From contig OZ024747.1 in assembly GCA_964016885.1 (NCBI GenBank), positions 59,520,001 to 59,584,000 of the forward strand: a stretch of DNA of 64,000 nt, read 5' to 3'. Each line of letters starts with the position of its first letter. The stretch's first letter is position 1. The stretch is from Eledone cirrhosa (Eukaryota). Under the pieces are notes generated by a model. It was given only the letters and a program-made list of their open reading frames with translations, was not told the origin of the DNA and searched no databases. A program made the translations under genes and the position numbers. This document shows positions 56,073 through 64,000 of the stretch, piece by piece.

Positions 56073-57042
56073 AAAATGGGCGCCTGGCACCTCGAGTGCC
56101 TTCAGGCGCTCACAGCCCTCTACCAAGTGGAAACGACAATCAGCGGAGACTCCACTTAGACATTCTATAGGGGATTTAGTGGAGGATAAGTGCGACGACG
56201 TTCTCGGGGAAATTTAGTCATCAAGCAGGATGAACTGACCATTCTGTTCGGGAGGACTTTCCGTCCAGGGCCTATGGATAACTACCAGAGGTCTCTGGCC
56301 TGGCAGTACTACCGAGGAGCTCCACCAGTTTGCGACAAAATCTACAGGCACGTACACTCTGGCAGAGATCCTGCCAAAAGAACCTGTCCAAGATGCGAGC
56401 AGGGCATCAAAACTGTTCTGCACGCAATTGTTCAGTGTCCAGGGGTGACCGACCTGTGGAATTATATCGAACAGCTACTGTCACGTGTAGGACGCATCCA
56501 GTTGTCAGCTGAGTCCATCGCGAGGATCACCCCGCCGCCTTCATTTAAGAATGAAGGAGAGGCGGTTTTTCCTCTGTCTGGTGGCTATGGCGAAAGAGGT
56601 AATATGGTGGTGGACGAGGTTAAAAGACTGAGGGCAAACACCTTTCTCTCTGAACAACTCACCCCCTTCTTTAAGTACCACTTCAGAAGGAAGGTGAGAG
56701 TGGAGAGAGCGCTGCTACACCCCAGTAAATTTGCTGAAAGGTGGGTGAATGTGGCGAAAAAGGCCCGAGTGAATGGGCCTTCTCTGCATATAAACCTGTA
56801 GGTTGAGGAAGATAAACAGAGGGAAGATGGGAACACCTACAAAACGTTTTGCCTGGTGTTGAGGGTTTTTCTATCCACGGGGTGTAAAACAACCCCGCAG
56901 TAACGTTCCCCCCTAATGGAGATTTCGATTGTTTTATTTTATATATAGTTTGTTATTCATCATTGTTAAAGATTTTTTGTAAAACCCCTGCTGTCACGTC
57001 TTGTAATGTCCCATTTTTGTACGCCCCTGTGGCAAATAAAGA
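56073..57042 (+). mobile_element. 5'-truncated Tx1/L1-clade LINE (zf-RVT CCHC region and 3' UTR) inside a (CTAY)n microsatellite
   Basis: CPRC-x7-HAIVQC zinc knuckle, frameshifted; ends CCCCTGTGGCAAATAAAG; (CTAC)n/(CTAT)n on both sides. Confidence 0.85.
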
Positions 57043-57065
57043 TATCTATCTACCTATCTATCTAC

Positions 57066-57099
<34 letters not shown>

Positions 57100-57708
57100 C
57101 TACCTATCAAATTTACCCAGGCACTAATTTCATGTCACTTATTCTTGTCAATAGCAATAAATTGTTGCTTGGCATTCAAATCTCAGTAACTACTAGAAAA
57201 TACACCAGGATTCACTCACAAATAGTACCTACTGACTCACTAATAGTAATCAATACTAAAACAATATATTGCCTGACTCTGCTATATATTTTCGCTTTGC
57301 TATTTCTTTTTTATTTATTCATTTATTTTGTTTTAAATACTTAACCTGATAGAGAACTCGGCTAATAGGAAATATCTATCTAAGGGAGGTAACTCACTCG
57401 CTACTGCAATCTGTTTAAGTGTGACGTGTTGCTGGAAATGATTTTTTCCCCTCTGTTCTATCGATAATTTTCTTTCTTTTTTCTTTCTTTTTTTATTTTT
57501 TTACTATTATTACTATGGCAGAAACAACGACACTATACCTCCGCCCCCCTTTTCTTTCATAGAATTGTGTGTATGGCATAGGACAAGAAAAGAGGAGAGA
57601 GAATGGTTGGTTTCTGAGAATATATTCCAATCAGTTTTTCTACTTTCTAAGCCATTTAATTTACTGTATTAGATGTTGATGTTGTGACTATTATTTATCT
57701 CTCCCTTC

Positions 57709-58570
57709 CTATCTCTCTCTCTGACTCTCTCTCTCACTCTCTCCCTCTGATTCTCTCTCTCCCTCTCTCCCTCTGACTCTCTCTCTCCCTCTCTCTCTCT
57801 GACTCTCTCTCTCCCTCTCTCTCTCTGACTCTCTCTCTCCCTCTCTCCCTCTGACTCTCTCTCTCCCTCTGACTCTCTCCCTCCCTCTCTCCCTCTGACT
57901 CTCTCTCTCTCTCTCTGACTCTCTCTCTCTCTCTCTCTCTGACTCTCTCTCTCTCTGACTCTCTCTCTCTCTGACTCTCTCTCTCACTCTCTCCCTCTCA
58001 CTCTCTCTCTCTCCCTCTCTCCCTCTGACTCTCTCTCCCTCTCTCCCTCTCACTCTCTCTCTCTCCCTCTGACTCTCTCTCTCTCTCTCCCTCTGACTCT
58101 CTCTCTCTCTCCCTCTGACTCTCTCTCTCTCTCCCTCTGACTCTCTCTCTGACTCTCTCCCTCTCTCCCTCTCACTCTCTCTCTCACTTTCTCCCTCTGA
58201 CTCTCTCTCTCACTTTCTCCCTCTGACTCTCTCTCCCTATCTCCCTCTCTCCCTATCTCCCTCTCTCCCTATCTCCCTCTCACCCTATCCCCCTCTCACC
58301 CTCCCTCTATCTCTCTCCCTCTATCTCTCTCCCTCTCTCTCTCTCCCTCTCTCTCCCTCTCTCTCTCTCCCTCTCTCTCCCTCTCTCTCTCTCCCTCTCT
58401 CTCTCTCCATCTCTCTCTCCCTCTCTCTCTCCCTCTCTCTCTCTCTACCTCTCTCTCTCTCTACCACTCTATCTCTCTACCACTCTCTCCTCCCTCTATC
58501 TCTACCACTATCCCCCCTCTCTCTACCACTATCCCCCCTCTCTCTACCACTATCTCCTTCTCTCTCTCTG
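57709..58570. repeat. Long interrupted (CT)n polypyrimidine tract
   Basis: (CT)n with periodic GACT/CCCT interruptions. Confidence 0.95.
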
Positions 58571-59279
58571 CAGAGTACCATATCCACCCCCTGGTAAACA
58601 TCATAGCTTCCATCTTCTCTAACCAGCACTGGTCATTTCTCCCATCTTATGAAATTTCTTACAAGTATACATGGATGATTATTTAATTATTTATTCATTA
58701 TCTAAGGCAGATAAAATATCTTTCAATATTTATTTCCAAGCTTCACATTTTAAGTTCAAGTTCTATGAGGATTAATTCTTTTTTCTTTTCATTCCTTGTT
58801 CTGAGATCAATAAAATAATTATCATTCATCTCCTTGGATCAATAGAAGATCGATTATGTCCTCACTTCCATTTTATAAATGTATAGTGCGTGTCAGTGTA
58901 AGAAATTGTTATTAACTCGTTGTTTATTTAGGCAGATATATTTTCAGTCTTACGGAAGCTGATGTAACATAAAATTAAGACTCCGAGCTTCTAGTTTTCC
59001 TGTGTTAACTGGCAAAAGAAATGTTGTTGTTTATCAAATTCCTTACCATTTATATGTATTAACAAGGCATGGTCACCTGACCTGGCCTATCTCTTCACAA
59101 CAGGACAATTCGTCTAGCCCATGCTAGCATGGAAAATGGACGTTAAATGATAATGAAATATGTATTTAAACTTTTTAAAAAAATCATATTTTTAATGAAA
59201 TACACTTACCTTGTCTGGTTTAACGCCACCATCTTGTTTCTTGTGTGGTTTTAGGGGTGTTCACTCTGTTGCAAGCATT

Positions 59280-59658
59280 CAGGTCAGGTCTCCAATTTAG
59301 GGATACTTTCTGCCCTCCTTTGCACCTAAGAGGCCTTGAAATATCATGGATATTACCCTTCCCTCAGGCCATGTCTCAAGTTTAGGGATACTTCCCTCCC
59401 TCCCAAATTTTACACCTCTCTCAGAGGCCCTGAAAAGGTATCATGGACATTAATTACCCTTCCTTCAGGCCATGTCTCAAGTTTAGGGATACTTCCTTCC
59501 CTCCCTCTTGTACCTGTTTCAGAGACCCCGAAAAATTATCATTGACATTACCCTTCCTTCAGGCCAGGTCTCAAGTTTAGGGATACTTACTTCCCTCCCT
59601 CTCTTGCATCTGTCTAAGAGGCCCTGAAAAAGATGTCATGGACATTACCATTCCTTCC
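59280..59658. repeat. Four-unit tandem repeat (85-101 bp)
   Basis: CAGG..GTCTCAAGTTTAGGGATACTT anchors at 59280, 59365, 59466 and 59560. Confidence 0.9.
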
Positions 59659-61789
59659 ATAACTAAACAACAACAAACAAGCATGAATGATGATCATTGC
59701 TAGAATGTTGATCAAATGAAATAAACTATACAGCTCACACCTACACTGGGTCAGCTGATCTTGTATGAAGTTTTATCTCACAAGAGGTTTCATGGCTCTT
59801 TTAACCTTTTTGTTTACCATTATTTCTCATTTAAGACACTGCTAATGTGCTTCTGTTCATTTTGGAGGAATTTAGTAATATAACTAATTTTGATTGGCCC
59901 TTTACGTTCTGAGTTCAAAGCCTGCCAAGGTTAGCTTTGCCTTTGCTCTTTACAGGATTGATAAAATAAAGTACCAATAACGTACTGGGATCAATTTAAT
60001 CGACTTTCCCCTTCCCTTCAAATTGCTGGCCTTGAGCCTAAAGTCAAAACCATTATCATCAAACTGGTATTTAGATGATAACTGAATAAAAATATTTTGT
60101 ATAAAATTATAATAGAATGTTTTAATATAAGTATGAACATTTTAAACCAAGCAGTTTTGTATCATAGTAAGAGGTTGTTTTAGGTGGGTTGGTATTGACA
60201 AGGTTAATTATAGGGGCCCCAGTCAAGAACACAATACACTGCCTAGTCCAGGTATTGAACACACATTACAATCCTGAGTCTAACATCCTAACCAGTAAAC
60301 CATGCATCCTCACAAATTATCAAATGATTATTCAATCACCAGCTATCATGATTATGGTGAAGTTGAATAATCTACGTTGGGTCTTTCAAGCCATAAATTT
60401 ATGTAATCAATTATATATTTAAAACCTAAGTTAAGTGTTTCATTTAACCCCTTTTGATACAAACCCACCCCAAAACCATCCCCAGTTTAATCACACTAAA
60501 CATTTCGTCTAAAATTGTCGATATTTAAATTAAAACATTCCATCAGGATTTTATGTAAAAATCTTTCAAGTTTCATTCTAAACAATTTAATAATGACAAA
60601 GTTAATTTATTAAATCCCTTCAAATTTGTGATTATTTTCTAAATTAATTAAAACACATAGGAATAGTTTATTACATTAGGAATATGGCTATGAAGGGTTA
60701 ATGAATTCCAGTTTCATTTGTATGTGCATGTAGAGAATTACTGATGAAGAAGCAGACCTTAGCAAAGCAATATTTACTAAGATAACAGCTCGTTAACTCT
60801 GTTATTAAATCTGCTCAGTTTTCAGATTATCACCTCATTATTGAAGCAATATCTATTCTACAGGCATGCCAAAACTAGACTTCATTCTGTCATAGTTTGG
60901 TTTTCTGTATTTATTTATTTATCAAAACTTGATTGCCTTGCTTTGTATGACAATTAGATTAACAAAGAATTATGAATAGCACATGTCTTGCCATTTCTGC
61001 CATTTCTGAAATGGACTGGGTCTTAAAATGGGCCCAGGTATTCAAGTGACACTGACACAAATTGCTTACTGTTGGGAGGGGGAGTGTGTTTTCACTGCTC
61101 AGCTAAGGCCATACTATCTTTCTTTCAATCTTGGAACAGTGGCTATGATTTCCGTTTTTTTTTTTTTTTGTGACATTTTTCCAACTTTTATTTTTCAAAC
61201 TGTTTTTTGTTTTTTTTTTTCCAACTGTTTTTTTTTTTCAATTGTTTTTTTTTTTTCAACTGTTTTGTTTTCTTACACAGCCTAGTGGCCAGGACTGGTT
61301 GAAACCACCTTGTTGTTGTTGGTGGTGGGTCTTTAACTCTTTAGCATTTACGTTACTCTATATAAACTATTGTATTTTCATATCAAATCTGAGATTTTGA
61401 TGTTATTTATTTTGAGAACAATACTTTAACATCAGTATGAGTGGCTGATTACAGCCAGTTTGAACAGAAAGAGGTGAGAGAATTCTGGCCTGATATGGCT
61501 GGTTCAAATGCTAAAGGGTTAAACATATTAAGGGGCTTCTTTCTCATGTCTCCCCAGGACAAATGAAAGGCAACATTTGAGGGAGACAGCTGGATGCTGC
61601 ATTTTTGTATGGTCACAGCAAAACTGGCTCTAACGGAGAAGACTGTTGAACCCTCATACGTTGATATGACAGGAGAGTCTGTCATATATATATATATATA
61701 TATATATACCTCTTAACCAAATATACACCCCAATCCACTAACCCTACCCTATCCTCCCACTCCTACCAACACCACCCTCTCTCTGTAAA

Positions 61790-62080
61790 GTTGGTACCAC
61801 AGCATCAAGTCCAAATAAATGAGATAATGAGATCGAGTTCATGTAGGTGTCATGACGAAAAAACACAGTCCACGCTGTAATGTGGCCATGTAGGTAACAC
61901 GGTAAAAAGTTCCCAGTTCCACACTGTAAATGTGGTTGGTGTTGGGAAGGGCATCTAGCCGTAGAAAACCTGCCAGATAGTCCTATATGAGCGAGACACG
62001 GTCACCTGACCAACCTTGCCTCAAGTGGGACAACTCCCGTCTAACCCATGCTAGTATGGAAAATGGACGTTAAACGATGA

Positions 62081-62085
<5 letters not shown>
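61790..62085 (+). mobile_element. RTE LINE 3' UTR fragment
   Basis: Homologous to 27720-28005. Confidence 0.85.
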
Positions 62086-62127
<42 letters not shown>

Positions 62128-63046
62128 CTTCATTCATATTACACATATCCATTTTTATATATGCATATATAACCTTCATTCACATTAGATATATCTATTA
62201 TATATATATATATATTGTTCTTTGTGTTTATTTCATTGTTTTTATTAATTTATATATATATATATATGTATTTATTAAAATAACAGATTAAAGTTTAAGC
62301 AAAGAATTGCTGCTTTCACCCTTAACGGGATCTTCTGAAACTAAAAAAGTCAATTATTAAAATAACATTAAAGTTTAAGCAATTTTTTGCTTAAACTTTA
62401 ATGTTATTTTAATAAATATTTGCTCTACCGTTCTTATATATTTGATATATATTTATCCTTATCAAGCCCTCTTTGGATTTTAGTCTTCAAATTTATTATT
62501 ATTACTGTATATATATATATAGTAGAATAATCGAGTATCGGAAAATCGGCTCACGAGTTTACGATAAACAAATTCGACATGAGTGGCAGAGGGCTCAATA
62601 ATTCAGATAAATCAGAGCTATAACTATCGTTAAAATACCAACACACAAAGATTATGTCTAAAATCACCCATGCGGCCGAAAAATTACGACCAGGAAGATT
62701 CGGGTCACTCAGATAAAATATCAATAAATCATATATATATATATATATATATATCAAGTTATTAATGAAAACTGTAAAGAATAACTGAATAACTGCTTAC
62801 ATTATATTAGTGGATTTGTGAATAAAGGAGTTTTTGAGATTCAAAATATGAAGTATATTGACTACAGTGGTTGTTTCTTTTTCTTTTAAAAAATATTACT
62901 TAGTATTAGACTTATAGTTATTAGACTTATAGTTATTGGTGACTCAAGTTATTTCAATGACAAAAATAAAAATAGTGAATGGAGTATATTTCTTGGAAGA
63001 GAAAAATAATAAATGAAAGTTGGATTTGAGAAGTTGGAGTATATAC

Positions 63047-63106
<60 letters not shown>

Positions 63107-63618
63107 TCATCATCATCATCGTTTTTACGTCCGCTTTTCCATGTATGCATGGGTTGGACAGGTCCTTCTCAACACATCATCTCTTGACTTGTGTTCCTTC
63201 ATTATCTCCTCTGCCAGTCTGTCTTAATGATTTGAGGATGTATATACATCTGTGTGCAATATATATATATGTATATGTATATATATATATATGTGTGTGT
63301 ATATATAATCAGTTTTTATGTCTACATTTCCATGCTGGTATGGGCTGGATAGAGCCTTATGAGGCAGTATTTTACAACTGGATGTCCTTGATGCTTACCC
63401 CTTTAGTTTGTTTTTACAACACACTGTGTACACATGGTTACTAGAATAAAATTGATGATAATAGTAAATTGTGTTTTTATCAGTTAACCTATAAATGTGT
63501 GTAAAATATTTTACTCTCAGATCAAATCAGAGACAATGTAGAATAGAGAGGACTTGTTAGTGTTGTCAAGAACATGAGACTCTCTTGGGATGAAATGCAG
63601 CCAGTACATTCTGTTAAG

Positions 63619-63930
63619 CAAGGTTGGATTTAGACCTTGGGGGGCCCTGGGGCACTTCAGGTTTGGGGAAACCCTCATACACAAAAAATTAGAATACACA
63701 GCAAACCCCTCCCAATTTGACATATCGAAGTTACCTTGGCACAAGTAATTGGAATTGAAAAGTTATACATACAGGTATTAAATTAGAAGATTCTAACCAT
63801 CCTAAAACTAAAAAGCCAAGCTGAGGGGACAAACAAATTGATATAGCCATCGCTGCCCACCCTCTCCACTGCAGATGACCTGAGGCAATTGCCCCATTCC
63901 CCCCCCCCCCCCCCATTAAATCCAGCCTTG
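63619..63930. mobile_element. GC-ended MITE (hAT-like)
   Basis: TIR CAAGGTTGGATTTA / TAAATCCAGCCTTG; TSD poorly conserved. Confidence 0.7.
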
Positions 63931-64000
63931 CTATTGGTTAGTACTAGAAACCACATACAGCCATAGAAACCATGCCAAAAATATGAGCTATTTAGGAGGG

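Noticed and set aside
57709-58053. RE/RS-rich protein ORF
   Set aside because: Reverse translation of a (CT)n tract.
62660-62712. SECIS element (GTGA...TGAT on the minus strand)
   Set aside because: The helix above the putative GA quartet is too short and irregular, and there is no associated UGA-containing ORF.

Overview
AT-rich, repeat-dense eukaryotic genomic DNA. It is most likely from an octopod cephalopod, inferred from the tRNA-derived SINE families and the dense (TA)n/(CA)n microsatellites. Positions 1-13610 are a 54-bp tandem satellite with higher-order repeats; all ORFs there are repeat artefacts. Around 21.5-22.1 kb is a likely promoter (ZNF143/Staf, YY1 and RFX X-box motifs) with a probable first coding exon (MADRRDS) of a + strand gene. 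The rest looks like intronic or intergenic DNA filled with SINEs, 5'-truncated LINEs (RTE, Tx1, R4/NeSL-like, CRE), MITEs (Tc1/mariner, hAT, piggyBac-like) and a Helitron. The most notable signal is many hammerhead-ribozyme (HHR) motifs in short Penelope-like terminal fragments inserted in (TA)n. There are about 8 intact or near-intact cores and several decayed ones. Three share a covarying long stem II and a palindromic stem III, and two of those sit in ~165-bp near-perfect foldbacks of matching geometry. All structures were read by eye, no database searches were run, and no complete protein-coding gene can be called.
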